A stretch of DNA of 64,000 nt, from the NCBI GenBank assembly GCA_025999275.1, contig AP024680.1:1957-65956 (forward strand), read 5' to 3'. A model generated the notes under the pieces. It searched no databases and was not told the origin of the DNA. It saw only the letters and a list, made by a program, of their open reading frames with translations. Below are positions 39,623 to 50,481 of this stretch, piece after piece. This stretch comes from Patescibacteria group bacterium (GTDB taxonomy: Bacteria > Patescibacteriota > Microgenomatia > UBA8517). Made by a program: the position numbers and the translations under genes. Each line of letters opens with the position of its first letter. The stretch's first letter is position 1.

Positions 39623-40597
39623 CTAAACAACCTCTAGAACCAAGAAGATAATATAAAAAGAAAACAGAAAACCCGCCTCCCAACGCTCAAGCCTCTTTTT
39701 ACTTTTCAAAAAATAACCAAAGACGGCAAAAACAATCACAAAAGACAAGAGTGGAGTTAGATAATGTGTAAAAGAACTGATAATAATTGGTTCTAAAGAA
39801 GCAGCGATACCAACCACCAAAGTTAAATTTGTAATCAAAGAGCCCAAAATGTTGCCCAAAAACATCGATGGTTGATCGTCCTTAATCGATCTAAAAGAAA
39901 AAGCCATTTCCGGCAAAGTTGTCCCAATAGCAATAAAAACAAGACCGATATCAAAAATTGAGAAGTTTAAAAAGGAGGTTAATTTAACCGCCGAGGTAAC
40001 TAATATTTCTGCTGAAAAAAGAAGCAGTCCCAATCCCAAAAAAAGCTTTGACAACTCTCTTGCCAATCTAAAATCAAAATTGTTCAAATTATTATTAAAT
40101 GGTTTTGATGGATGGCGAAGAAACGAAAGATGCTCTTGCCTTTTCTCACCCTCTGACAAAAATGCAACAATATAGCCAATATAGGCAAAAATCAGAATTA
40201 AACCATCTACTCTTGAGATCTTTCCATCAATCATTAAAATTATAAACAATAAAAACGCAAGCCAAACTGTTTTCAAATCCTTTTCCAAAAAAGGAGCTCT
40301 AACATTTACACCGCCAAAAACAAACGCAGAAAGGCCTACCACTAAAGAGATGCTGGCAATATTTGCTCCAAGAACATTTCCCAAAGATAAAGACGGACGG
40401 CTCTCAAGAGCAGATGTAATTGCTACCACAATTTCAGGCAAACAAGTTCCCAAAGCCACCAAGATTGCTGATACAAAGAAGACATTAACCTTTGCTCTCA
40501 AAGCAATCTTCCTTAATAAGCGAACGACAAAATCAGCAGTCTTTATAATAACAAAGGAAAAAACAAAAAGAACAAGAAGCCAAAACACAGTCAACAT
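39623..40597 (-). CDS. Na+/Ca2+ exchanger (CaCA family) membrane protein
   Basis: Two alpha-repeat motifs (GTCLPEIVVAITSA; GTTLPEMAFS). Confidence 0.75.
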   Translation of the reverse strand: MLTVFWLLVLFVFSFVIIKTADFVVRLLRKIALRAKVNVFFVSAILVALGTCLPEIVVAITSALESRPSLSLGNVLGANIASISLVVGLSAFVFGGVNVRAPFLEKDLKTVWLAFLLFIILMIDGKISRVDGLILIFAYIGYIVAFLSEGEKRQEHLSFLRHPSKPFNNNLNNFDFRLARELSKLFLGLGLLLFSAEILVTSAVKLTSFLNFSIFDIGLVFIAIGTTLPEMAFSFRSIKDDQPSMFLGNILGSLITNLTLVVGIAASLEPIIISSFTHYLTPLLSFVIVFAVFGYFLKSKKRLERWEAGFLFSFYIIFLVLEVV

Positions 40598-40610
40598 AGG
40601 TTAATAATAA

Positions 40611-42338
40611 TTAAGAAGAAGATTCTTGTAAAGAAAATAAGCTTCTTATCTCACTTACATTTGTCGCGGAAAAGGCATCCTTGTCTTCTCTTATCCTAAC
40701 CAGCCTTGGAAATCTCAACGCATAACCTGAAGAGTGAATTGGGCTTTTAGTTACCTCATCGGCAGCTATTTCAACTACCAAGGAAGGTCTAACCCAAAAA
40801 TCAGGATTAAGAGTTTTATCTACCTCTTCGTATTCTTTTGGTTTTTCATTTACCTCTAAACCCAGCAGTTTTTCCTTAAGAAGTCTAAACTCATCATCAG
40901 TTAATCCTGTACCCAATTTGGTAAGAGATTTTATTTTTTCTTTATCAACAATACCAACTAAAAAACCACCTATTCCGAATTTAGTTCTTTTTCCCTTCCC
41001 AACGTAATATCCCATTATCACTCCATCAACTGTGTCAGCCAACTTTCCTTCTTTCTTTTCAGACTGTTTCATTTTAACCCAACGCCAGCCAGTCCTGCCA
41101 GGAACATATAAACTATCCATCTTTTTAACCATTATTCCTTCAAAACCAGCAGCAATATTTTGTTCAAACAACCTTGATATCTCAACTGGATCCTCAGTTT
41201 CTTTATAATCAACCACTTTAATTATTTTGCTATCTCCGGCAACCTTTTTAAGCACCTCTTTCCTTTCAAAAAATGGTTTGTTCATAAGATTTTCTTTACC
41301 ATTAAGAAGAATGTCAAAAACAAAGAATCTTATTGGAACAGAAGATGTGTGTGATTCTATTTCATGCTTTCTTCTTCTTGTCATAGTAGTCTGAAAATCA
41401 GCCAGTTTTTTTCTCTCCTCATCAATACCAACAGCCTCGCTATCTAAAATCACAGCCTTTGAGTCCAAAAAATTACCAATTTTCAAAAGCTCGGGGAACA
41501 TCCAGGAAACTTCGTTTAAATTGCGAGTGAAAGCCTTTACAAAACCTCCTTTACCCTTAAGAAGATGAATCTGAATCCTCAAACCATCAATTTTTGGCTC
41601 AACAGCAACCTTACCCATTTTTTTTATCATCTCTTTCGGATCGTTAAGCCTCTGAGCTAACATCGGCAAAACTGGAACTCCCACTCTTGGTGAAATATCT
41701 TCAACCACCTTTTTTACTCCAAACTTCTTCACCTGCAGTGCCAGAAGCCCAACATCAGGAAGAACTCCATAAGCTTTCTCAAGAGCAGGTTTTAGAGATT
41801 TATCTTTTGCCTCAAGCCACGAGAGAGCATCAAGAATTGTTTTATCAGAAAAACCAAGTCTTAACTTTCCTAAAACAATTCTTACCACAAATTTGGCAGA
41901 AATTGGCTCAAGTGAAACTAAAATATCTGCTAACTTTTTAATCTTTCTTTCTTGGCTTCCTTCTCCCTCATCTTTAGCCAATTCAAAAAGCAATTTATAC
42001 ACTTCATCTACAGGCAAATCACCTCTTGTTTTCTTGGTAGAAGAAAGCAAAAAAGCCACATCCCCCAGATCACCTCTATTCTTAAAAAGAGAAATTATCT
42101 CATCCCTATTTTTATCAAAGCCTAAGGCCAGTGACTCGATCACCATCTTCTCAGCCAAGTTAAACACCAAACTCTCATACTTGGGACGCAAAAGTCCAAG
42201 AGATAAATAACAAACCTTATCTATTTCAGAAAGATTGGAATAAGAAAAAAGGTCAGCCAAAATCTTGGTAATCTCAATCCTTGAAGAAGTCTTCTCCAAT
42301 TTTTCAAGGAAAAAAGCAAGTTCTTCAAATTTCATCAA
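40611..42338 (-). CDS. ATP-dependent DNA ligase
   Basis: Adenylation motif I VEPKIDGLR. OB-fold C-terminal. 575 aa. Confidence 0.8.
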   Translation of the reverse strand: MMKFEELAFFLEKLEKTSSRIEITKILADLFSYSNLSEIDKVCYLSLGLLRPKYESLVFNLAEKMVIESLALGFDKNRDEIISLFKNRGDLGDVAFLLSSTKKTRGDLPVDEVYKLLFELAKDEGEGSQERKIKKLADILVSLEPISAKFVVRIVLGKLRLGFSDKTILDALSWLEAKDKSLKPALEKAYGVLPDVGLLALQVKKFGVKKVVEDISPRVGVPVLPMLAQRLNDPKEMIKKMGKVAVEPKIDGLRIQIHLLKGKGGFVKAFTRNLNEVSWMFPELLKIGNFLDSKAVILDSEAVGIDEERKKLADFQTTMTRRRKHEIESHTSSVPIRFFVFDILLNGKENLMNKPFFERKEVLKKVAGDSKIIKVVDYKETEDPVEISRLFEQNIAAGFEGIMVKKMDSLYVPGRTGWRWVKMKQSEKKEGKLADTVDGVIMGYYVGKGKRTKFGIGGFLVGIVDKEKIKSLTKLGTGLTDDEFRLLKEKLLGLEVNEKPKEYEEVDKTLNPDFWVRPSLVVEIAADEVTKSPIHSSGYALRFPRLVRIREDKDAFSATNVSEIRSLFSLQESSS

Positions 42339-42373
42339 TAAGATTATACAACAGATAGAAACTAAGGGGAAAA

Positions 42374-42886
42374 TTAAAGAAGAGATCTTTCTATTACCTT
42401 AAGAGCCTTATCTTTACCCCAAAATTTCTTTACCTTTACCCATTTGTTAGGCTCAAGCTCCTTATAACTCTCAAAGAAGTGTTTTATACGATCTTTTACA
42501 AGAGTATTTAAATCTGAAACATCATCTATATGAGAGAGCTGAGGATCAACTTTTTTCAAAGGAAGAGCAACTATTTTACTGTCTGGACCATTTTCATCCT
42601 CCATCTCCAAAAGTCCGATAGGTCTTGATGACACAACCACACCAGCAGCAATAGGCAAAGAAGTGATTAGAACCACATCCAAAGGGTCTCCATCTTCAGC
42701 GTGAGTGTGGGGAATAAAACCATAATTAAAAGGACAATTCATAGGTGTATAAAGAAGTCTATCAACTACTAAAACCCCAGACTCTTTGTCGAGTTCATAC
42801 TTAATTGATTTGCCCTGAGGAATTTCAACAAAAACATTTACTTCCTCAGGCAATTTCTTGCCAGCTTTAATTTTATTAAAATCCAT
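42374..42886 (-). CDS. ppa: inorganic pyrophosphatase (start adjusted to MDFNKI)
   Basis: DGDPLDVVLI and ...DHIDDV motifs. Confidence 0.85.
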   Translation of the reverse strand: MDFNKIKAGKKLPEEVNVFVEIPQGKSIKYELDKESGVLVVDRLLYTPMNCPFNYGFIPHTHAEDGDPLDVVLITSLPIAAGVVVSSRPIGLLEMEDENGPDSKIVALPLKKVDPQLSHIDDVSDLNTLVKDRIKHFFESYKELEPNKWVKVKKFWGKDKALKVIERSLL

Positions 42887-42976
42887 AATGCAATAAAAAA
42901 GGCAACACTTGTTGCCAACCCCCCCCAAACAGCGGTTATCCTAACAAAGAAGACTTAAATTGTCAACAAAACCACC

Positions 42977-43177
42977 TTAAGACTTAGCCAGAAAAGACGA
43001 AAAGAAAATATATGCAAAAATAACCACACCTATAAACAAAATACCAAAAATGAGACTTATGTATCCGCCTCTTTCGCTATGAATTACCTTACTTAAACCC
43101 TCTCCAACAAGCGTTAACCCAAAAAGAGTTGGTAAAACCAAGACCATATACAAAAATTGCGGATCATTTGCTGACAT
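42977..43177 (-). CDS. small membrane protein
   Basis: 66 aa, two hydrophobic helices. Confidence 0.35.
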   Translation of the reverse strand: MSANDPQFLYMVLVLPTLFGLTLVGEGLSKVIHSERGGYISLIFGILFIGVVIFAYIFFSSFLAKS

Positions 43178-43185
43178 CTTATTAT

Positions 43186-44250
43186 TTATTTACCGGCAAT
43201 AACATATCTTGACGCTTTGGTTGAGCCTTCCTTCTTGATTATACCCTTTTCCATCAACACTCTAAGATCCCTCAAAATAGTGTCCTCAGAAACCATTTTC
43301 AGGACATTTCTAAGCTCCTTCATGCCTGCTCCACCTCTATCAGAGATATACTCAATTAACCTCATCTGCCTCTCGGTTAAGGCAACCTGTGTCCCTACTT
43401 TAAGTTTAAACCTCGTATCAAGAGAGATGCGGCGGACTTTTTCTTTCACTTTTTCAAGCTCTATCATCACCACAGAGGTAAAATACTCAAGCCACGAAGT
43501 TAAATCCCGATCTCTTACATCCACAGCTTGTTTATCAACCTCAGCCAAAGCCTGGTAATAAGCCAATGGGTCAGCATCAAAATGTTCTTCAAGAGAAAAA
43601 AACCTTTTAATATCATAGCCACTTTTGATTAAAACCAAAGTAGAAAAGGAACGAGCTGTTCTACCATTACCTTCAACAAAAGGGTGAACAGCCACCAAAA
43701 AATAATGGGTAATACCCGCCAGAATAACTGGATGAATTTCTTTCGCCTGATCACTATTTAAAAACTCCATCAATTTATCTATAAGATGAGGAACTTCCAC
43801 AAAAGCAGGCGGACGGAGCATCACATCCCCAGTTTCTTCATTTCTAATCACCACCTGGACCTTTCTAAACACCCCTCGCTCTTCATCCGGAATTAATTTA
43901 TCAGTAACCAAACGATGGATATCAGTTAACATCAAAGATTCATAGCCACCTCTTTTGAAAGCCAGCTCATCCAAAAGCTCAACCACATTACGGTAATTTA
44001 TAACCTCCTGTATATCTCTATGTTTGGCAACTATTGCTTCTCCTTCCAAAACCTTCCTCGTCTGAAGAAGAGAAAGGTCATTTCCTTCAATATGAGTACC
44101 ATGGTGAACTGTTCTAACCATAGCATCAGATTGAAATTGTTTCTCAAAAGAAGGAACCAAAGGAGCATTTTCGATTACCTCTTTGGCGGCCTCAATTTTG
44201 CCAATATTATTTAGAATTTTGTTGGTAATTGTGTATTTTGGAGTGTACAT
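43186..44250 (-). CDS. Fic/DOC-family protein with C-terminal wHTH
   Basis: HPFVEGNGRTARS Fic motif. 354 aa. Confidence 0.8.
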   Translation of the reverse strand: MYTPKYTITNKILNNIGKIEAAKEVIENAPLVPSFEKQFQSDAMVRTVHHGTHIEGNDLSLLQTRKVLEGEAIVAKHRDIQEVINYRNVVELLDELAFKRGGYESLMLTDIHRLVTDKLIPDEERGVFRKVQVVIRNEETGDVMLRPPAFVEVPHLIDKLMEFLNSDQAKEIHPVILAGITHYFLVAVHPFVEGNGRTARSFSTLVLIKSGYDIKRFFSLEEHFDADPLAYYQALAEVDKQAVDVRDRDLTSWLEYFTSVVMIELEKVKEKVRRISLDTRFKLKVGTQVALTERQMRLIEYISDRGGAGMKELRNVLKMVSEDTILRDLRVLMEKGIIKKEGSTKASRYVIAGK

Positions 44251-44312
44251 GTTTCAATTATAGCATTTTAATTGCAATTTTTGCGGAAAAAAATATGCTA
44301 AAATATTTTTAA

Positions 44313-44636
44313 ATGAAAGCAAAAACTTATCAACAAAAACAGGAAGAAAAACAAAGAGCAATCAAAAAAGCTATTGAGGAAACGAAAGAGGTAAAAAGGC
44401 AGTTTACAAAAAGAATACTAGACCTGGCCACTTCGGGTTTTGGTTTAGTATCCGCATTAGCTTGGAATGAAGTAATAAAAGAAATGGTAAACAACTATAT
44501 AAGACCACTTTTTGGAAAACAATCAGGCATAATCTCTCTTGTAATTTATGCTATTCTTGTAACTTTTTTGGCAGTTTTGGTTACCTACAACCTTAATAAA
44601 CTTGTAAAAATTGAGGAAAAAGACAAAAGGAGTTAA
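44313..44636 (+). CDS. hypothetical membrane protein
   Basis: 107 aa. Charged N-terminal helix then 2 TM. Confidence 0.35.
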   Translation: MKAKTYQQKQEEKQRAIKKAIEETKEVKRQFTKRILDLATSGFGLVSALAWNEVIKEMVNNYIRPLFGKQSGIISLVIYAILVTFLAVLVTYNLNKLVKIEEKDKRS

Positions 44637-44977
44637 TCTTCTTTATCTTCAAAAGCCTCGGCTACATGGGCTGCATGAGTCATAGGACCTCTTCTTTTTT
44701 TACTCTCTTCTAATTGCTGTGGGGTTACACCACCAAAACTTCTTGGAGGTTCTTTGCTCAAAGGCTCTTCTGCCCCCAAAGGAGCCAATTCATCTATACT
44801 TGGAGGTTGTTCGCTTTCTGCCTTACTTACCAATCTCCATTTTAAAGGATAACCCTTATCAACATGACGTTCACTACATTTCCAATCAAAACCATCTGGA
44901 GGTTTACCAGGAGGCCGATAGGGGTTGTAATATTCAATTCCAGGAACAAATTTTTCCCTTCTACCTCTCTCAGACAT
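44633..44977 (-). CDS. hypothetical protein (Pro/Glu-rich)
   Basis: 114-aa ORF. Moderate GC. Confidence 0.3.
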   Translation of the reverse strand: MSERGRREKFVPGIEYYNPYRPPGKPPDGFDWKCSERHVDKGYPLKWRLVSKAESEQPPSIDELAPLGAEEPLSKEPPRSFGGVTPQQLEESKKRRGPMTHAAHVAEAFEDKED

Positions 44978-44991
44978 AAAATAATTATAAC

Positions 44992-46098
44992 CTAAATACT
45001 CACTTTTGCCACATCACCAAATTCTTCCAAATAATGTTCATCTGCTGTTGTAATTATTGACTGACCGATTTTGATTTGAGAATAAACATCTTCCCTTTTT
45101 AAGAAATCAAAAACAATTAATCTATTTTTGTGATCAAGTTCAGAAAAGATATCATCTAAAAGGAAAACTGGCTTTTCTTTAGTCTTACTTTCAATAAAAT
45201 ATGATTCGGCAATCTTAAGCCATAAAACTGCCATTCTCTGCTCCCCCCGGCTTCCAAAAAAAGCCAAATCACGATTCTTTTTTGATTTGCTTTTAAAAAT
45301 AAAATCGTCGCGATGCGGCCCAACCAAAGTAGTTGCTGAAGCTATTTCTTCTTGAGCATATTCTTCAAGACGAGCCTCGCTTATAGCGCTTTTATCATAC
45401 TCTATCTCAAAATCAGAAAGAGGCTCTTCAAATTTAGCATTATTAACAAAAGAGATAAATTCCTCCCTTGCTCTTGAAATATAATCACCATTTTTAATCA
45501 AAAGCTTATCCCAAAATAAAAGCTGGCTACGCGAAAGACCTTCTTCGCGAATTTTCAAAAGAAGTTTGTTTCTTTGCCTTAAACCCTTCTCATAGGAAAG
45601 AACAGACCGGCGGTATTCCCTATCAACCTGAGATAGCACATAATCTAAAAACTTACGCCGCAAGGCCGGAGACTGGGTTACCAAATCAAGATCTTGGGGT
45701 GCAAAAAGAACTACCTTCAGATTGCCAGCAAAATCAATTAAGCGCCGGGGTACTCCATTAACCAAAAGCTTTTTTCTGGGAATCTTCTGAAAAGAAGAAT
45801 TGTTTAGAAACATTTCTCCCCTGGTTAAAACCACCTCAAGCTTTGTTTCTTTAGAATCGTCTTGATTAATATTGTCAGAAACAATTGCTGAAACCCTAGC
45901 TATTTCAAGATCATGGTTAATCATATCCTCTTCAATCTTTGCTTTAAAACTTTTTCCGGTTGCAATAAGAAAAACGGCCTCAAGTATGTTGGTTTTTCCA
46001 GAAGCATTTGGACCAAAAATCACTGTAGTATAAGACGAAAAACCTATACTCTTAGATCTAAAATTTCTAAAACCCAATAAGTCTATTCTTTCTATCAT
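44992..46098 (-). CDS. recF: DNA replication/repair protein RecF
   Basis: Walker A GPNASGKTN. SMC-like signature and D-loop. 368 aa. Confidence 0.85.
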   Translation of the reverse strand: MIERIDLLGFRNFRSKSIGFSSYTTVIFGPNASGKTNILEAVFLIATGKSFKAKIEEDMINHDLEIARVSAIVSDNINQDDSKETKLEVVLTRGEMFLNNSSFQKIPRKKLLVNGVPRRLIDFAGNLKVVLFAPQDLDLVTQSPALRRKFLDYVLSQVDREYRRSVLSYEKGLRQRNKLLLKIREEGLSRSQLLFWDKLLIKNGDYISRAREEFISFVNNAKFEEPLSDFEIEYDKSAISEARLEEYAQEEIASATTLVGPHRDDFIFKSKSKKNRDLAFFGSRGEQRMAVLWLKIAESYFIESKTKEKPVFLLDDIFSELDHKNRLIVFDFLKREDVYSQIKIGQSIITTADEHYLEEFGDVAKVSI

Positions 46099-46135
46099 GG
46101 AATTATAAAGATATCATATTACAGAAAAGACAAGT

Positions 46136-47095
46136 CTAAATTTCAAAGATCTCATTTGAAGAGACAAAACGCAAATACCAAACCTTCTCAACACCTTTAA
46201 CTTGTGATGAATATTCATCCAAAGACTTTTTCTTTATATCAATTTCATAATCTCTCAGTTCGAAGCTAAACCATCTGTCACTAAAAAGCTTCTTAGGAAG
46301 GTAAATAAAACCAAGAGATGGATAATCTCGATAATGAACAAGGGCAAAGTATAAATCAAATCCAAAACCAACTTCATTTTTTAACATTTCAGCTATCTCA
46401 GCTGCAGCCTTATGGTCTGGATGGCTGTCAGCAAGATGGGTTGTAATAACCACATTAGGTTTATAGCTATTCACAATTTCCAAAAGGTCATTCATCAAAT
46501 TATCAAAATAATAATCTTGTCCATCCTTATAAGCCCAACTATAAGCAACGTGGTCAAGCTTGGTTGTCCTTGAAACTACAGGCCCACGCGGATCACCGTT
46601 TTCCCTTGCAATAATCTCCCTCAAGCCCTGATCAGGAAAACCCAAAAAATACAAATTGTTATTATTTAGACCTAAAACTTTAGTTGCTTTTATAGCCTCG
46701 TCATGACAAATGTTAGCTAACTTAACAAACTCACCAGGAGAAAGCTTTACATTCTTATCAATCTTGATCACACTGTTAATACTTGAATCACCAGTGGTCA
46801 GATATACAATTTTTACCTGTCCACCTTCTTTTAATACTCTTTGTATTAAGCCTCCTGCTATTAGCACTTCATCATCAGGATGTGGGGATAAAATAAGAAG
46901 CCGACTGTTAAAACCAACCTGTGGAAAACGAGACAATCTACCATGAGACCACCACCAACCAGTACCAAAACCACTTAAATATCCTAAAACTAGAAAAATT
47001 AAAATTGCTATCAACCACCTATACCTTTTTCTTAAAAGCTTTAGAGTATTTTTTAAATGTAATAAGAGAATATTTGCTATTGTACTCATAAACAT
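46136..47095 (-). CDS. PIG-L/LmbE-family N-acetylglucosaminyl deacetylase, membrane anchored
   Basis: HPDDE motif (SPHPDDEVLIAGG). N-terminal TM. Confidence 0.75.
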   Translation of the reverse strand: MFMSTIANILLLHLKNTLKLLRKRYRWLIAILIFLVLGYLSGFGTGWWWSHGRLSRFPQVGFNSRLLILSPHPDDEVLIAGGLIQRVLKEGGQVKIVYLTTGDSSINSVIKIDKNVKLSPGEFVKLANICHDEAIKATKVLGLNNNNLYFLGFPDQGLREIIARENGDPRGPVVSRTTKLDHVAYSWAYKDGQDYYFDNLMNDLLEIVNSYKPNVVITTHLADSHPDHKAAAEIAEMLKNEVGFGFDLYFALVHYRDYPSLGFIYLPKKLFSDRWFSFELRDYEIDIKKKSLDEYSSQVKGVEKVWYLRFVSSNEIFEI

Positions 47096-47098
47096 TAT

Positions 47099-47851
47099 TT
47101 ATTTTTTTCTTGCATCACCAAAATAACCACCCATTGGGTATTCATTAGGTTGATCTATCTCAAAACCTATAACCCTCTTTAAATGAAGCCTGGCTACCTT
47201 AACTAAATAAGCGACTCTTCCATCCCTTTGATAATGCCTAAAGGACACAATATATTTTGGTTTCTTAAACACACAAAAATTAGTTCCTTTCTTAAACAAT
47301 CTCCTTACATACTCCACATCCTCCCCAAAAGCAATCTTCTCATCAAAACCTCCATACTTTTTAAAAACATCTCTTCTAACACCAATCATAGCACCTAAGG
47401 CTAGAGGTTTGTTAACTTGAGCTCCCACCCTAAGAGACAGGTTTATAATCTTTACCAAAACCTCATCGAAAGAATTTTTACTATCAGGCAGACAATAAGT
47501 AGTAAAACAATCAACTTCTTTCTTATAAACCTGTAGAAACAACCCTTTTAGAAAAGAAACAGGTAAACGATTATCAGCATCCATGAAAATAATAAATTTC
47601 CCTCTTGCTTTTTTACCTCCCAGATTTCTCTGAAAAGAGACATTTCTCTTCGAACTTTTAATAATTTCAAAAGACAAAAACCTACTCTTATATGATTTGG
47701 CGATCTCAACAGTCTTATCTTCAGAATTTCCATCCACAACAATTACTTCAAAACCTCTATAAGATTGTTTTGCTAAATCAGATAAAAGCTTGGGCAAATA
47801 CTTCGCCTCGTTAAGAGTTGGTACTACTATTGAAAAAAATATTTCTTCCAT
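47099..47851 (-). CDS. family 2 glycosyltransferase
   Basis: VVPTLNEA...VVDGNSEDKT...DAD (DXD). Confidence 0.75.
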   Translation of the reverse strand: MEEIFFSIVVPTLNEAKYLPKLLSDLAKQSYRGFEVIVVDGNSEDKTVEIAKSYKSRFLSFEIIKSSKRNVSFQRNLGGKKARGKFIIFMDADNRLPVSFLKGLFLQVYKKEVDCFTTYCLPDSKNSFDEVLVKIINLSLRVGAQVNKPLALGAMIGVRRDVFKKYGGFDEKIAFGEDVEYVRRLFKKGTNFCVFKKPKYIVSFRHYQRDGRVAYLVKVARLHLKRVIGFEIDQPNEYPMGGYFGDARKK

Positions 47852-47886
47852 TGTCTATAAATTAAAGATTAAAAATTTTACAAAAT

Positions 47887-48753
47887 TCAACTTTGGCAAT
47901 TAGGACAAAAATAGGTCCCTCTTCCTCCAAGTTGAATCTTTTTAATCAAAGTAGAACATCTTTTACACTTTTGCCCATCTCTTCCATAAACCAAAGTAAA
48001 ATTCTGGTAATTCCCTTCTGAACCATCGGGATTTACAAAAGTATTCTCACTTGAGCCACCTCTTTTTATCCCATCTTCAAGGACTTTTATTATAGAATTG
48101 TATAGCTTTTTCTGTTCAATTTCACTCAAGTCCTTAGCAGCCCTTTTGGGATTAATTTCCGCAAGCCACAAAGCATCATTGGCATAAATATTACCCACTC
48201 CAGCAATCTTTGACTGATCCATAATAACAATCTTAATCGGCCTTTTGGTTTTGTTAACAATCTCTTTAAATTTCTCAAGAGTCAAGATGGGCAGTTTTTG
48301 TTTTTTTAGCACCGGCGGCTCATAACCAAGATTGTCAAGCATTTTCTGACTTTCCACTTCTTTATTTTCAACTATTTTAATCCAACCAAAAATCCTCAAG
48401 TCATTAAAATAAAGCACACCACCTCTATCAAGTTTAAAGATAACCCGAGTGTATTTGCTTGGAAGCCCTCCAACAACCTTAGATGAAAGTTGAGGAGGAT
48501 TTTTAAGATTAGGGCCTCTGTAAACAAGCTGGCCAGTAAGCTTAAGGTGCACCAAGATAGAAAAACCATTATCAAGATCAAGCACCAAAACCTTACCAAA
48601 ACGTCTGAACGATAAAAATTTAGCTCCTATTACATCTTTCTTATCTCCTACAAAAGACTTACTATTCTCTATTAAGACATCAATAATTTTATGTCCCTTA
48701 AGAAAACTCTCAAGCTGGCTTCTGACTGCTTCTACTTCAGGAAGTTCCGGCAT
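47887..48753 (-). CDS. mutM: formamidopyrimidine-DNA glycosylase (start adjusted to MPELPEVE)
   Basis: N-terminal PELPEVE. C-terminal zinc finger CKRC...CPNC. Confidence 0.85.
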   Translation of the reverse strand: MPELPEVEAVRSQLESFLKGHKIIDVLIENSKSFVGDKKDVIGAKFLSFRRFGKVLVLDLDNGFSILVHLKLTGQLVYRGPNLKNPPQLSSKVVGGLPSKYTRVIFKLDRGGVLYFNDLRIFGWIKIVENKEVESQKMLDNLGYEPPVLKKQKLPILTLEKFKEIVNKTKRPIKIVIMDQSKIAGVGNIYANDALWLAEINPKRAAKDLSEIEQKKLYNSIIKVLEDGIKRGGSSENTFVNPDGSEGNYQNFTLVYGRDGQKCKRCSTLIKKIQLGGRGTYFCPNCQS

Positions 48754-48862
48754 AACAACATTATACAGCAGCAAAGAGAATCATAAACTAGTAGTATGAA
48801 GTATGCAGAAAGAGGAAGAAAAAATGGATATTGAAACACAGCTAATGTTACACTTCCCCTTA

Positions 48863-50059
48863 CTACTTAATACTTACTACTTTGCTACTATTTACTTTTT
48901 CCTTCAAAACCTTTCTAATTTTCCTCATAAAACTCTCTTTTGAAAATCTCATTGCATTTTTCTGCAGGTTGCCTTTATTCCATTTAATCTTCTCCAGTTT
49001 TCTTATTGCCCCACCAATTACATCTTCAGAAACTTCGTTTATTAAAATCCCAGTCTTGCCATCGATCACAGATTCTCTAAAACCACCCCCATTAAAAGCA
49101 ATAATCGGAGTTCCTGCAGCTTGAGCCTCAACCACCGTCATCCCAAAATCCTCATCACGTGCCAAGGCAATAAAACCTTTTGCTTTTGCATATAAAACAT
49201 AAAGTTCTCTATCTGAAACTCTACCAAGAAGCTCAATATTCCCGCCAGAGATTTTCTTTAACCTGTTGGCAACTTCAGAATAACCAGCCGATTCCCCTAC
49301 TATCTTAAGTTTATATCTAAACTGTTTCTTAAAGGCTCTTGCTGCTTCCTCTAAGCCTTTTGCTCCAACAAGGCGAGACACAATCAAAAAATATTTTTCC
49401 TTTCTTTTAACATTCTTGGTAGCTTCTACTATTCTTTTGACATCAACTGGAGGATAAATAATCACAGAGTCTCTACGATAAAATTTTTTGATTCTTTCAG
49501 CAACATTCTTTGAATTGGCAATAAATAAGCCAACACCAGAGTGGACTTTAAAAAATGGAGTTTTGAATTTTAAAACATCTTTTGGTTTTTGTGCCGAAAC
49601 AAAATCATACATTCTTATAAAATGTCCAACTATAGCAGCATAAATTTTGACTGGCAGATAACGAGTAAAACCAACCGATGTTTCATACCCATAAAGCCAG
49701 CGAGGTGGAGTGTGGCAATAGCAAACAACTTTAGTTTTCTTGCCAACTTTAAAACCTCTTGTTACATACCAACTGGCAGATGTTATAACTAAATCATAAT
49801 CTGATAAATCAAAACTTCCCCAAATCAAGGGGATCAAAAAACGAAGAGGACTGTAAAGATTGCCAATTTTAAGAATTGGGGCAAGAAAGCTTTCCCTTAT
49901 ATTTTTATCTGCAAACTCTCTTTGAGCCGTTGAACCCTTAAAACAAAAGGCGGTATAGATTGGGGCCTCAGGAAAAATCTCAGTAAGGGTCTTTAAAACC
50001 CTTTCTGCCCCCCCAAACTCTTTAATGTAATCATGTACTAAAGCCACTTTCATAAACAT
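48863..50059 (-). CDS. family 4 glycosyltransferase
   Basis: EDFGMTVVEAQAAGTPIIA (E-x7-E). Confidence 0.75.
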   Translation of the reverse strand: MFMKVALVHDYIKEFGGAERVLKTLTEIFPEAPIYTAFCFKGSTAQREFADKNIRESFLAPILKIGNLYSPLRFLIPLIWGSFDLSDYDLVITSASWYVTRGFKVGKKTKVVCYCHTPPRWLYGYETSVGFTRYLPVKIYAAIVGHFIRMYDFVSAQKPKDVLKFKTPFFKVHSGVGLFIANSKNVAERIKKFYRRDSVIIYPPVDVKRIVEATKNVKRKEKYFLIVSRLVGAKGLEEAARAFKKQFRYKLKIVGESAGYSEVANRLKKISGGNIELLGRVSDRELYVLYAKAKGFIALARDEDFGMTVVEAQAAGTPIIAFNGGGFRESVIDGKTGILINEVSEDVIGGAIRKLEKIKWNKGNLQKNAMRFSKESFMRKIRKVLKEKVNSSKVVSIK

Positions 50060-50084
50060 GTATCAAGTAGAATGTAGCTTGTAG

Positions 50085-50456
50085 CTAGGTTTTCTTCTTC
50101 TCTAAACTTTTTATTAAACCACTAATAAGTTTATGCGTTAAAACAACATCCTCCCAAATTACACTGAATTCTCTGGCGTGAATGTAGCCAACGTCTCTTG
50201 CAATTATAAGTTGATTCTGAACCTCAGTCAAAGAAGATTGAGCCAAAAAATAAAACTGGATCTTTTCTTTAACCCCCCGCCGGCCAAAACCTTCAGCAAG
50301 ATTGCTAGTAACCGAAATAACAGCTCGCAGGATCTGACTGGTCAAGATAAATTGCTCTCTATTAGGAAATTTTTTGACTAAGCTATAAACTTTAAGCACC
50401 AACTGGTGAGCACACTTCCATGCATTCAGGTCCGTAAAGTTCTTTATCTTTTCCAT
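50085..50456 (-). CDS. four-helix-bundle protein (TIGR02436/PF05635 family), stand-alone copy
   Basis: ...AVISVTSNLAEGFGRRGVKEKIQFYFLAQSSLTEVQNQL... canonical family core. Confidence 0.8.
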   Translation of the reverse strand: MEKIKNFTDLNAWKCAHQLVLKVYSLVKKFPNREQFILTSQILRAVISVTSNLAEGFGRRGVKEKIQFYFLAQSSLTEVQNQLIIARDVGYIHAREFSVIWEDVVLTHKLISGLIKSLEKKKT

Positions 50457-50481
50457 GCTACATGCTACTAGCTACAAGATG